From: Candidatus Micrarchaeota archaeon
Lineage (GTDB): Archaea; Micrarchaeota; Micrarchaeia; Micrarchaeales; CABMGC01
Assembly (NCBI GenBank): GCA_021848095.1
Contig: JAJZMZ010000036.1
Coordinates: 1-46,974 of the forward strand
Direction: 5' to 3'
Length of the DNA: 46,974 nt
Of this stretch, positions 1 through 7,614 are shown one piece after another; position 1 is the first letter of the stretch; every line of letters starts with the position of its first letter. Below the pieces are notes generated by a model. That model worked only from the letters and a program-made list of their open reading frames with translations. It was not told the DNA's origin and ran no database searches. The translations under genes were made by a program, and so were the position numbers.

Positions 1-303
1 ATTAAAAGAAGATACCGAAGGTGTTGAGTTCGTAGTACATGTAACTCCAGATACTGTTATTGTAGTTCCATAATTGCTTCCTACATCTGCAGAAAGAATT
101 CCATTTGTCGATAATGAAACTGAGCTACATAGATATCCTGTTTGTACAATACATGTACTAGTTCCCGAAAGTCCAGTGGTATTAAATAAGCCCAACTCAA
201 AAAGAGTTACAAGTGCAATAGCAATAATTAGAATTGACCATCCATAAGTCATCAAGTACTCCATTGCACTTTGAGCTTTAAATGATTGGCTTTTCATTTC
301 CAT
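1..303 (-). CDS. Archaeal type IV pilin-like protein, N-terminal part (gene runs off the left edge)
   Basis: This gene is not in the ORF track because it is truncated. Minus-strand translation from the ATG (complement of 301-303) gives MEMKSQSFKAQSAMEYLMTYGWSILIIAIALVTLFELGLF... A short basic leader, KA/QSAMEYL and a hydrophobic helix form the class III (prepilin peptidase) signal peptide typical of archaeal pilins. The downstream part is S/T/G/C-rich. Confidence 0.7.
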   Translation of the reverse strand, partial: MEMKSQSFKAQSAMEYLMTYGWSILIIAIALVTLFELGLFNTTGLSGTSTCIVQTGYLCSSVSLSTNGILSADVGSNYGTTITVSGVTCTTNSTPSVSSFN

Positions 304-364
304 ATGTTATCTACTTTTATAATACAAATAATTAATCATACAATCATACTTTATTAAATGTAAC

Positions 365-394
365 GATTTTAATATACTATGATTTTAATATACT
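365..394. repeat. Tandem direct repeat GATTTTAATATACT x2 (2-nt spacer) in the divergent pilin/rnp1 intergenic region
   Basis: Perfect 14-mers lie at 365-378 and 381-394, read directly from the sequence. The repeat is AT-rich and TATA-like. Confidence 0.8.
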
Positions 395-456
395 AATAAA
401 TAAAGAAAGGATTAAATACTTTACAGCTCTAAATCATATTCACATTTGATATAGTT

Positions 457-750
457 ATGGACTATGATAATAAGAATATAGTCCTCAATGAGCTCATAGG
501 TTTAAAAGTATTGGTTCTGAGCTGCATCGACAAAAATCAAAAAGGAATAAGTGGAGTAGTAATTGACGAAACAAAGAACCTAATAAAAATAAGAACAGGA
601 AAAGATGTACTTTCCTTGATAAAGAAAAATACAAAGTTTAGATTTTATCACGGAAAGAAGTACTTCGATGTAGAAGGAAAAGAAATAAACTTCAGACCTG
701 ATGAACGCATTGAGAAAGGACTAAAGTATTATAAAAGAAGAAAGATTTAA
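457..750 (+). CDS. rnp1: RNase P protein component 1 (Rpp29/Pop4)
   Basis: The 97-aa product contains LIGLKVLVLSCIDKNQKGISGVVIDETKNLIKIRT..., which fits the Rpp29 Sm-like fold pattern. It sits directly upstream of S17, as in archaeal ribosomal operons. Confidence 0.8.
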   Translation: MDYDNKNIVLNELIGLKVLVLSCIDKNQKGISGVVIDETKNLIKIRTGKDVLSLIKKNTKFRFYHGKKYFDVEGKEINFRPDERIEKGLKYYKRRKI

Positions 751-753
751 AAT

Positions 754-1062
754 TTGTTAAAACATACGGTGTATATATTGGAATGCAATGATTTAAAATG
801 TCCGATTCACGGAAATCTCTCAACAAGAGGTACTAGATTGTCAGGAAAGGTAGTTAGCGCTAAAACAAAGAAAACAGCAATAGTTGAGATAGACTATACA
901 AAATATATTTACAAATATGAACGTTACTTGAGAAAAAGATCAAGAATACCTGCTTATAATCCAGATTGTATAGCAGCAAAAGAAGGAGATGTAGTAAATA
1001 TAGACGAAACAAGAAGACTTAGTAAGACTAAATCTTTTGTTGTAACTGAAATTGTAAAATGA
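754..1062 (+). CDS. rps17: 30S ribosomal protein S17 (uS17)
   Basis: Contains the CPIHG zinc-knuckle-like N-terminus, GKVVSAKTKKTAIVEIDY and RLSKTKSFVV. The operon position is canonical. The start is TTG in the track and the exact start is uncertain. Confidence 0.9.
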   Translation: MLKHTVYILECNDLKCPIHGNLSTRGTRLSGKVVSAKTKKTAIVEIDYTKYIYKYERYLRKRSRIPAYNPDCIAAKEGDVVNIDETRRLSKTKSFVVTEIVK

Positions 1063-1479
1063 TTGGTGTCAATAATGAGAGGAGTATCATCGAAAGTAAT
1101 TAAAACGCTTATTCCAGGAAGTGTTCTTACCTGTGCAGACAATAGTGGTGCATACGAGTTCAGAATAATTCATATTATAGGAAAAGGAGGAGGCGGAAGA
1201 CATGGAAAACTTGCATCAGCAGGAATAGGAGATATAGTTTCAGCAAGCGTAAGAAAAGGCACTCCAACTTATATTAAAAAACCAGTAAGAGTTGTAATAG
1301 TTAGACAAAAAGCAACATTAAGAAGATCAAATGGTCTTCATATAAGATTTGAAGACAATGCAGGAGTTATGGTAAACGAAGAAAACATGCCAATAGGTAC
1401 TGAAATAAAAGGAGCAATAGCTCGTGAAGTAGCTGAAAGATTTACTAACATAAAAGGAGTGGCATCAAGAATTGTGTGA
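1063..1479 (+). CDS. rpl14: 50S ribosomal protein L14 (uL14)
   Basis: LTCADNSGAYEFRIIHIIG...GDIVSASVRKG...IRFEDNAGVMVN is a classic uL14 sequence. The real start may be the ATG at 1075. Confidence 0.95.
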   Translation: MVSIMRGVSSKVIKTLIPGSVLTCADNSGAYEFRIIHIIGKGGGGRHGKLASAGIGDIVSASVRKGTPTYIKKPVRVVIVRQKATLRRSNGLHIRFEDNAGVMVNEENMPIGTEIKGAIAREVAERFTNIKGVASRIV

Positions 1480-1853
1480 TATTTATGAATATTAAAAGTA
1501 GTAAACCTAGAAAGCAAAGATTGTTCAGAATAGAAGCACCTGCACATGCTAGAAAAGTATTTGCAAATTCAAGAATATCAAAAGATTTAGCTAAGAAATT
1601 AAGTATTAAAAAGAGATCAATTCAAGTAAGAAAAGGAGATACTGTAAAAGTAATGACAGGTTCAAATAAAGGAAAAACAGGAAAGGTAAATAAAGTAGAA
1701 ACAAAACATGGAGTTATCTTAATAGAAAACTTAACAAGAAGAAATGCAAAAGGAAAAGAATTATTAATACCTATAAAAGCATCAAATGTATATATTACTG
1801 ATCTAGATCTTAATGACAAATTAAGAAAACAAAAACTAGGTCTAAAAGAATAA
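1476..1853 (+). CDS. rpl24: 50S ribosomal protein L24 (uL24)
   Basis: Contains the KOW motif VRKGDTVKVMTGSNKGKTGKV. It overlaps the L14 stop, and the gene order is canonical. Confidence 0.9.
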   Translation: MIFMNIKSSKPRKQRLFRIEAPAHARKVFANSRISKDLAKKLSIKKRSIQVRKGDTVKVMTGSNKGKTGKVNKVETKHGVILIENLTRRNAKGKELLIPIKASNVYITDLDLNDKLRKQKLGLKE

Positions 1854-1868
1854 TTATAATGTGATACG

Positions 1869-2555
1869 ATGGGCGTAAAGGCAAACAGAAGGCATATTAA
1901 AAGACTTGCATCAAGCAAATATATTGGCGTAAGCAGAAAGAGCTCAGCTTATGTAGCTAAGCCACTTCCAGGAAGACACAATAAAACTTCAAACGTAGCA
2001 CTCAAGACTGTATTAACTGAAAAATTAGCATTAACAACTACTGGAAAAGAAGCAGAAAAAATCATAAAAGGTAAAAATATAAAAGTAAATGGCAATACAA
2101 TAATAAATCCTTTATATCCAGTCGGTTTTGGAGATATAATAGAGATACATGTATTAGGAGAAAACTTCTTTATCAATAATACTAAAAATGGTTCATTTGC
2201 ATTAGAGAAAATAAAGGAACCAAAACAACAATTATTCAAGGTCGTAGGTAAGTACAAAGCAAAAGGAAACAAAGTAATGCTTCGTTTACACGATGGTAGA
2301 ATAATAAGTGCAGATAAATTTAAAGATACAAATGTTAACGATTCAGTCGATGTGAAAAACAAAGAAATATCCTCTGTAGTAAAATTAGAAGAAGGTGGAA
2401 AATGCCTTGTTATAAAAGGAAATCACACTTCACAATCCGGAATCATAAGGAAAATAATAACCGGAACAGCAACAAGATCTTCTTTGGTTTCAATTTCTTC
2501 CGGTAAGGAAAATTTTGAAACAACATTAGACAATATTATTGCAATAGCTGAGTAA
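1869..2555 (+). CDS. rps4e: 30S ribosomal protein S4e (eS4)
   Basis: The 228-aa product has RHIKRLASSKY...PLPGRHNK at the N-terminus and a KOW-like segment. It lies between L24 and L5. Confidence 0.9.
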   Translation: MGVKANRRHIKRLASSKYIGVSRKSSAYVAKPLPGRHNKTSNVALKTVLTEKLALTTTGKEAEKIIKGKNIKVNGNTIINPLYPVGFGDIIEIHVLGENFFINNTKNGSFALEKIKEPKQQLFKVVGKYKAKGNKVMLRLHDGRIISADKFKDTNVNDSVDVKNKEISSVVKLEEGGKCLVIKGNHTSQSGIIRKIITGTATRSSLVSISSGKENFETTLDNIIAIAE

Positions 2556-2556
2556 A

Positions 2557-3072
2557 ATGACACAGAATCCAATGGAAAATATATATCTTGAAAAAGTAGT
2601 AATAAACATAGGTGTAGGTCTAAATGAAAACATGATAGACAACGCCAAAGCATTAATTAAAAAATTAACTGGACATAATGCGGGAACAACAGTTTCAAAA
2701 AGAAGAGATCCAGAGTTAAAACTTAAAAAAGGTCAACATATAGGAACTGTATCGACTATCAGAGGACCAGAAGCTTTTGACTTCTTAAAAAGAGCATTAG
2801 ATGCAAATAACAATGTATTAAATAAAAATGCAATAGCTCATAATTCATTAAATTTCGGTGTTAAAGAATATATTTACTTCTCTGGAGTAAAGTATGATCC
2901 TAAAATAGGAATATTAGGTATGAATGTTAATGCTGCATTCGCAAGAAAAGGTTCTCGTGTAGCAAAAAGAAAAAGAAAGACAACAAAACCAGGAACAAAA
3001 CACAGCAGAATAACAAAAGAAGAGATTACAAAATATTTAGAAGACACATTAAAAATAAAGATACAAGAATAA
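2557..3072 (+). CDS. rpl5: 50S ribosomal protein L5 (uL5)
   Basis: Contains MENIYLEKVVINIGVG and NFGVKEYIYF...GILGMNV, both typical of uL5. Confidence 0.9.
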   Translation: MTQNPMENIYLEKVVINIGVGLNENMIDNAKALIKKLTGHNAGTTVSKRRDPELKLKKGQHIGTVSTIRGPEAFDFLKRALDANNNVLNKNAIAHNSLNFGVKEYIYFSGVKYDPKIGILGMNVNAAFARKGSRVAKRKRKTTKPGTKHSRITKEEITKYLEDTLKIKIQE

Positions 3073-3087
3073 AGAGGATATGGTTAA

Positions 3088-3243
3088 ATGAAGATTAATT
3101 TCGAACAAAAACTGAAAGGCAAAGGAGTTAGAAAGTGCAGATTATGCGGAAACTCAAGAGGTATAATAAGAAATTATAATCTCAGAATTTGCAGAAGGTG
3201 CTTTAGAGAGTACGGAAAACAATTAGGTTTCGAAAAGTATTAG
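3088..3243 (+). CDS. rps14: 30S ribosomal protein S14 type Z (uS14, zinc-binding)
   Basis: Below the ORF-track size cutoff, so translated by hand as MKINFEQKLKGKGVRKCRLCGNSRGIIRNYNLRICRRCFREYGKQLGFEKY. It has CxxC...CxxC and lies between L5 and S8. Confidence 0.85.
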   Translation: MKINFEQKLKGKGVRKCRLCGNSRGIIRNYNLRICRRCFREYGKQLGFEKY

Positions 3244-3632
3244 TGAGTATTATGGACGTTCTTGCAGATGTTTTAAATAAAATAAAGGTTTGTGAAAATA
3301 CAGGTAATTTAGGATGTACAGTTCCATCTACAAAGTTAGTAAAGGCTGTATTAGAAACAATAAAGAAAAATAATTACATAGAAGACTTTGAGGAAGTAAC
3401 AGAAGGAAAATTCAAAGTAATAAAAATAAAGTTATCAAAAAGAATAAATGACATAGGTGTAATAAAGCCTAGACACGCGGTTTCAATTAAAGAGTATCAG
3501 ACTTATGAAAAAAGATACATTCCAAGTAAAGATTTTGGAATATTAATACTTTCCACACCACAAGGAATAATGACAAACAGAGATGCAAAGCAAAAGAACA
3601 CAGGCGGAAGATTATTGGCATACTTATATTAG
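3243..3632 (+). CDS. rps8: 30S ribosomal protein S8 (uS8)
   Basis: Contains DVLADVLNKIKVCE and ILSTPQGIMTNRDAKQKNTGGRLLAYLY, a uS8 hallmark C-terminus. Confidence 0.9.
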   Translation: MSIMDVLADVLNKIKVCENTGNLGCTVPSTKLVKAVLETIKKNNYIEDFEEVTEGKFKVIKIKLSKRINDIGVIKPRHAVSIKEYQTYEKRYIPSKDFGILILSTPQGIMTNRDAKQKNTGGRLLAYLY

Positions 3633-3648
3633 TTTAGTGTTGATTTAA

Positions 3649-4170
3649 ATGCAGGAAATAGAGATAGAAAACGGAGTAACTGTTTCAATTGAAGGAGAAC
3701 GAGTCCAAATAAAGGGCAAGTTAGGTTCTACTTCAAAGAAATTTAATAGTAGATTACTCTCACTTTCACAAGAAGGTAAAAATATAAAAATAAATATAAC
3801 TCAAAATAAAAAACTTGAGAAGAAAGCTAAATTAGCAGAGCAAGCATTTTCATCAGAGTTGGAAAACTCTATAAAAACAGTTCAAGAAGGAATAGAAACA
3901 AAAATGACTGTGCTATTTGCACACTTTCCTATGACAATTGAAGTAAAAGGAAAAGCAGTTTTTGTAAAGAACATCTTTGGAGAAAGAGTTCCTAGGGAAA
4001 CTACTATTGTAGGAGATACAAAAGTAGAAGTTAAAGGTCAATCAGTAACTGTAAAAGGTGTAGATGCTTATGACGTAGGTCAAACAGTTGCAAACTTAAG
4101 AAAAATATGTTTTGCAAGAGGTTTTGACACTAGAGTATTCCAAGATGGGATATACAAAATAAAAGAGTAA
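3649..4170 (+). CDS. rpl6: 50S ribosomal protein L6 (uL6)
   Basis: The 173-aa product has a two-domain uL6 pattern (VTVSIEGERVQIKGKLG..., VKGQSVTVKGVD) and the canonical position. Confidence 0.9.
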   Translation: MQEIEIENGVTVSIEGERVQIKGKLGSTSKKFNSRLLSLSQEGKNIKINITQNKKLEKKAKLAEQAFSSELENSIKTVQEGIETKMTVLFAHFPMTIEVKGKAVFVKNIFGERVPRETTIVGDTKVEVKGQSVTVKGVDAYDVGQTVANLRKICFARGFDTRVFQDGIYKIKE

Positions 4171-4179
4171 TATCGTTGT

Positions 4180-4542
4180 GTGTATATGAATATTAAAAAG
4201 AAATCAAAATTTGTAGTTCCTAACTACGGTGCAAAGAGCAGAAAAGGAGTAAAGAATAGATGGCGCCATCAAAGAGGTATAGACAACAAAAAAAGAATAA
4301 TGAGAAGCGGTTATGGAGCAATACCTAAAATAGGGTACAAAAATGATGTTATTAAAAATGGACTTGGTGCTGATGGAAAACAAAAAGCATTAGTAAGAAA
4401 TACTACTGAGTTAAAAGATGCAATGTTGATTCCTGATGTTTCAATAGTTTTGCACCATGCATTATCAAAAAGAAAAAAATTAGAACTGCAAAAAATTGCA
4501 GAAAAAGAGGGCCTAAAGGTCGCAAATAAGGTGAAAGCATGA
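4180..4542 (+). CDS. rpl32e: 50S ribosomal protein L32e (eL32)
   Basis: Contains NRWRHQRGIDNKKR...GYGAIPKIGY...ALVRNTTEL...ALSKRKKLEL, which is an eL32 pattern. Confidence 0.85.
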   Translation: MYMNIKKKSKFVVPNYGAKSRKGVKNRWRHQRGIDNKKRIMRSGYGAIPKIGYKNDVIKNGLGADGKQKALVRNTTELKDAMLIPDVSIVLHHALSKRKKLELQKIAEKEGLKVANKVKA

Positions 4543-5030
4543 CTATAAAATTTGCTAGAAGAGTAGCCTCTGAAATATTAAAGAGAGGAGAAAGTTCAAT
4601 AAGGATGAATCCTTCAGGTTTAGAAGACGCAAAGAAAGCAATGACAAGAGAAGATGTAAGAACACTTGTAAAAAATGGAGGAATATATGCAATAAAAGCA
4701 AAACACAATCAAAGTGCTAACTCAAAGTTATTAAAAATCAGAAGAAGTAAGGGAAGAGGAAGAGGACAAGGAAGAAGAAAAGGAACATTGAAGGCAAGAA
4801 GAGGAGAGCTATGGATAAAGAAAGTAAGATCACAAAGACTTTTACTATTACGATTAAAAATAATGGGCAAATTAGACAATGCAAAATACAATAAGTATTA
4901 CATGCTTATAAAAGGTAACAGCTTTTCTGATAAAGCTTCATTAGTATTGCACTTAAGAGAAGGCGGTGTAAAAATATCTGATGAAGAGTTAAAGAACATA
5001 AAAGACTTCATGAAAGCTCAGTATAAATAG
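4539..5030 (+). CDS. rpl19e: 50S ribosomal protein L19e (eL19)
   Basis: Contains RRVASEILKRGESSIRMNP and a basic RRSKGRGRGQGRRKG tract, an eL19 pattern. Confidence 0.9.
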   Translation: MTIKFARRVASEILKRGESSIRMNPSGLEDAKKAMTREDVRTLVKNGGIYAIKAKHNQSANSKLLKIRRSKGRGRGQGRRKGTLKARRGELWIKKVRSQRLLLLRLKIMGKLDNAKYNKYYMLIKGNSFSDKASLVLHLREGGVKISDEELKNIKDFMKAQYK

Positions 5031-5038
5031 ATGATATT

Positions 5039-5605
5039 ATGGCAAAGATTTTCAAAATAGGTTTCAAAAGAAAAAGAACACATGTGACTAATTACAAGAA
5101 GAGATTATCTCTTGTAAAAAGCAATTTAAAAAGAGTAGTTATACGAAGATCAAATAAAAGTATAATATCACAAATAGTTAAGTACTCAGAAGCAGGAGAT
5201 GAAGTTTTAGTAACAGCATACTCAAAAGAGTTATCAAAGTATGGATGGCCTGCAAGAAGCAATAGAATGACTGCATTTTTAACAGGATTGTTATTGGCTA
5301 AAAAAGCAGCTTCAAAAAAATTAGAGAATGATGAATACATTCTTGACATTGGCCTAAGCGCTTCTGTGAAGAACTCAACACCATTTATATTTGCACAAGG
5401 ATGTATCGAAGGAGGTTTAAAGCTTCGTTCAGGTTTATCAATGGACAAATCATTATTTGAAAAACAAAGTACACATGTAACTAAACTAAAAGAAGATAAA
5501 GAAGTTTATGAAAAAACATATAGCGCATACTTAAAATCAAAGATAACTCCAGAAGAGCTTTCTTCGTTATTTGAAAAAGTAAAAACAAAGATTCTTAATG
5601 AGTGA
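5039..5605 (+). CDS. rpl18: 50S ribosomal protein L18 (uL18)
   Basis: Contains RLSLVKSNLKRVVIRRSNKSIISQIV...AFLTGLLLAKKA, a uL18 pattern, in the canonical position. Confidence 0.9.
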   Translation: MAKIFKIGFKRKRTHVTNYKKRLSLVKSNLKRVVIRRSNKSIISQIVKYSEAGDEVLVTAYSKELSKYGWPARSNRMTAFLTGLLLAKKAASKKLENDEYILDIGLSASVKNSTPFIFAQGCIEGGLKLRSGLSMDKSLFEKQSTHVTKLKEDKEVYEKTYSAYLKSKITPEELSSLFEKVKTKILNE

Positions 5606-5609
5606 TTAA

Positions 5610-6263
5610 TTGGAAAAGAGAGAAAGAGAAATTAATACTGTTTCAGAGTTTACATGGACCCCAAAAACAAAATTGGGTATAATGGTAAGCGAAGGAAAAA
5701 TAAAAAATATTGACGAAATATTTGCTATGGGAAAACCAATAAAAGAAGTAGGCATAGTAGATGCATTAATTCCTAACCTTGAAGATAAAGTTCTTGAAAT
5801 AGCATCTGTACAGAGAATGACCAAAAACAACAGAAGACAAAAGTTTAGAGTTACTGTTGTAGTTGGAGATAGAGCTGGACATGTAGGGATAGGTGTAGGT
5901 AAAGATGTAGAGGTTAGACCTGCAATTGATACAGCAATAAGAACTGCAAAAAAGAATATAGTTTCAGTAAAGTTCGGTTGTGGTTCATGGGAATGTAATT
6001 GTGGTACTCCTCATTCACTTCCATTAACAATAAGATCAAAAGTAGGTAGCTCTGAAGTAATACTTAAACCTGCTCCAAGAGGAGTCGGAATAGTAGCTGC
6101 AGAAACTATGTACTCCGTTATTGATTTGGCAGGATTAAAAGATGTATGGACTTACTCGCGTGGTAGAACAAGAGACATTTACAATGTAGCAACAGCAACA
6201 CAAAAAGCACTTAAAAAAATAAGCGAGATAAGAAATCCAGAAATAGTCAAAGCCTTACAATAA
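5610..6263 (+). CDS. rps5: 30S ribosomal protein S5 (uS5)
   Basis: Contains VQRMTKNNRRQKFRVTVVVGDRAGHVGIGVGK and AAETMYSVIDLAGLKDV, a uS5 pattern. Confidence 0.9.
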   Translation: MEKREREINTVSEFTWTPKTKLGIMVSEGKIKNIDEIFAMGKPIKEVGIVDALIPNLEDKVLEIASVQRMTKNNRRQKFRVTVVVGDRAGHVGIGVGKDVEVRPAIDTAIRTAKKNIVSVKFGCGSWECNCGTPHSLPLTIRSKVGSSEVILKPAPRGVGIVAAETMYSVIDLAGLKDVWTYSRGRTRDIYNVATATQKALKKISEIRNPEIVKALQ

Positions 6264-6270
6264 TCTTATC

Positions 6271-6289
6271 TTTTTCTATTTTATTTTTA
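6271..6289 (+). terminator. Oligo-T tracts after S5 (likely archaeal transcription termination of the r-protein operon)
   Basis: T5 at 6271-6275, T4 at 6279-6282 and T5 at 6285-6289 follow the S5 stop immediately. Archaeal RNAP terminates at oligo-T. Confidence 0.4.
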
Positions 6290-6370
6290 TAAACATTTTA
6301 TTATTTTTATTTAATTCTATTATATTTTATAAATACTTTTATAAATGAGTTTATTCTAAATTACTTCATC

Positions 6371-6441
6371 GCCTTGATGGTGTAGCGGCAGCATAAGGGA
6401 CTGTGGATCCCTAGGTCCGGGTCCGACCCCCGGTCAAGGCC
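6371..6441 (+). tRNA. tRNA-His (anticodon GUG)
   Basis: Hand-folded cloverleaf: acceptor GCCTTGA/TCAAGGC, D arm GTGT-AGCGGCA-GCAT, anticodon arm AGGGA-CTGTGGA-TCCCT (GTG at 6403-6405), T arm CCGGG-TCCGACC-CCCGG, discriminator C. A TATA-like CTTTTATAAATG lies about 28 nt upstream and a T6 run follows immediately downstream. Confidence 0.85.
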
Positions 6442-6447
6442 TTTTTT
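6442..6447 (+). terminator. T6 run directly after tRNA-His
   Basis: TTTTTT starts at the first nucleotide after the discriminator base. Confidence 0.45.
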
Positions 6448-6469
6448 CTCGAAATAACGTTAAACGCTA

Positions 6470-6483
6470 TTAATATATATTTA
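6470..6483 (+). promoter_or_regulatory. TATA-box-like element upstream of the membrane/ATPase cluster
   Basis: TTAATATATATTTA is centred about 30 nt upstream of the ATG at 6507. This is compatible with a near-leaderless transcript. It has not been tested. Confidence 0.3.
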
Positions 6484-6506
6484 CGTTGTATTGTATACCT
6501 GTTTAA

Positions 6507-7607
6507 ATGCTTGTAGAAATACTCTCTGTAGGTGCCATAGATGCACTAGTTCCTGTTTTGATAATAGTTGTATTTATAGGCGCAGCTGCAGGGATAAGCA
6601 GAGGATTCAGTTTTTTTAATTTATTCGGAATAGGCACATTAATGGGTATGGGTCCAAAAACCAAAGGAACACTGGCTCAAAAAACATTCAAAAAATCCTA
6701 TACAAAACCTTCTCAAAAGCCATTAAAAGTAACAAAGAAAAAATTTGAAGACAAGGAAAAGGATAAGCAAATCAAAAATGATTTCGATAGATACTTCAAC
6801 AAAGGAACAACAGCAGCAACAATAAATACCGGAGATGCAGAATCAAAAGGAACTGGTCAAATAACTGAAAACGATAAAAAGTCCCCTAATAAAGCTTTAG
6901 CTGCTTTTGAAAAATCACTAATTTTAACATCACCTCTAGTCAGGGGTGCATACGGCGCTGGAAAGGGCTTTGTAAATTTAGTAGCTAAAAAAGGCAGACT
7001 TAAAAAAATGGCAGGCGTGTTTTACAAGTATGAAGAAGAGGAGTTCAAAATAGGTAAAGGAGAGGAACAGAAAAACTTTGCAAGATATGCTAATAGAGGA
7101 AACAACACTATTCTAGAAGAAAATATATTTGGTTTAGCTGTAGCAAGAAGAGAAGTTCAAAAAGAAAAACAAAAAATAATGAATGACAAAAAACTTTCAG
7201 ATATAAAAAAGAAATTATTACTTGCAAATCTTGCAGGTCTTGATCGTGTCTTTTCAAAAAGACTTGAAAAATTAGAAGACTCTTTTGATAAAATAAATAA
7301 ATTAAAAGATTCTTATGATAAAAAATTATTAAAACTAAGGGAGATTGATGATAAAGACGCTAAAGAAAAAGAAAGACAAAAAATATCAGATGAAACATAC
7401 AAAGATTTTGCAAAAACATATACAAAATTATTCAATACTGTTGACGACTATCAAGCAGAAGAGTTAAAATCTAAAATTGAACAGCTTAGTAATGATAGAT
7501 ATGGAAAGTTTGAATTTAAATTTAATTTTGGTGGAAAAGAGAAATCAGCTGAAAAAACAAAAGGCCGTTCATTAATAGACTTTAATTTAAAAAGAAAAAA
7601 AGAATGA
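6507..7607 (+). CDS. Cluster protein 1: N-terminal hydrophobic two-helix hairpin plus long Lys/Glu-rich coiled-coil region; function unknown
   Basis: The 366-aa product starts with AIDALVPVLIIVVFIGAAAGI-SRG-FSFFNLFGIGTLMGMG. About 300 aa of K/E/D-rich, heptad-like sequence follow (LEKLEDSFDKINKLKDSYDKKLLKLREID...). I recognise no family. Confidence 0.75.
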   Translation: MLVEILSVGAIDALVPVLIIVVFIGAAAGISRGFSFFNLFGIGTLMGMGPKTKGTLAQKTFKKSYTKPSQKPLKVTKKKFEDKEKDKQIKNDFDRYFNKGTTAATINTGDAESKGTGQITENDKKSPNKALAAFEKSLILTSPLVRGAYGAGKGFVNLVAKKGRLKKMAGVFYKYEEEEFKIGKGEEQKNFARYANRGNNTILEENIFGLAVARREVQKEKQKIMNDKKLSDIKKKLLLANLAGLDRVFSKRLEKLEDSFDKINKLKDSYDKKLLKLREIDDKDAKEKERQKISDETYKDFAKTYTKLFNTVDDYQAEELKSKIEQLSNDRYGKFEFKFNFGGKEKSAEKTKGRSLIDFNLKRKKE

Positions 7608-7614
7608 ATATGAT

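Noticed and set aside
954-5830. Nine minus-strand ORFs of 60-137 aa inside the ribosomal protein operon (for example 1949-2362 and 5092-5448).
   Set aside because: All lie antisense to well-supported r-protein genes. Their products are rich in F, L, S, I and C, as expected for shadows of AAR/GAR-rich coding strands. None contains a recognisable motif.
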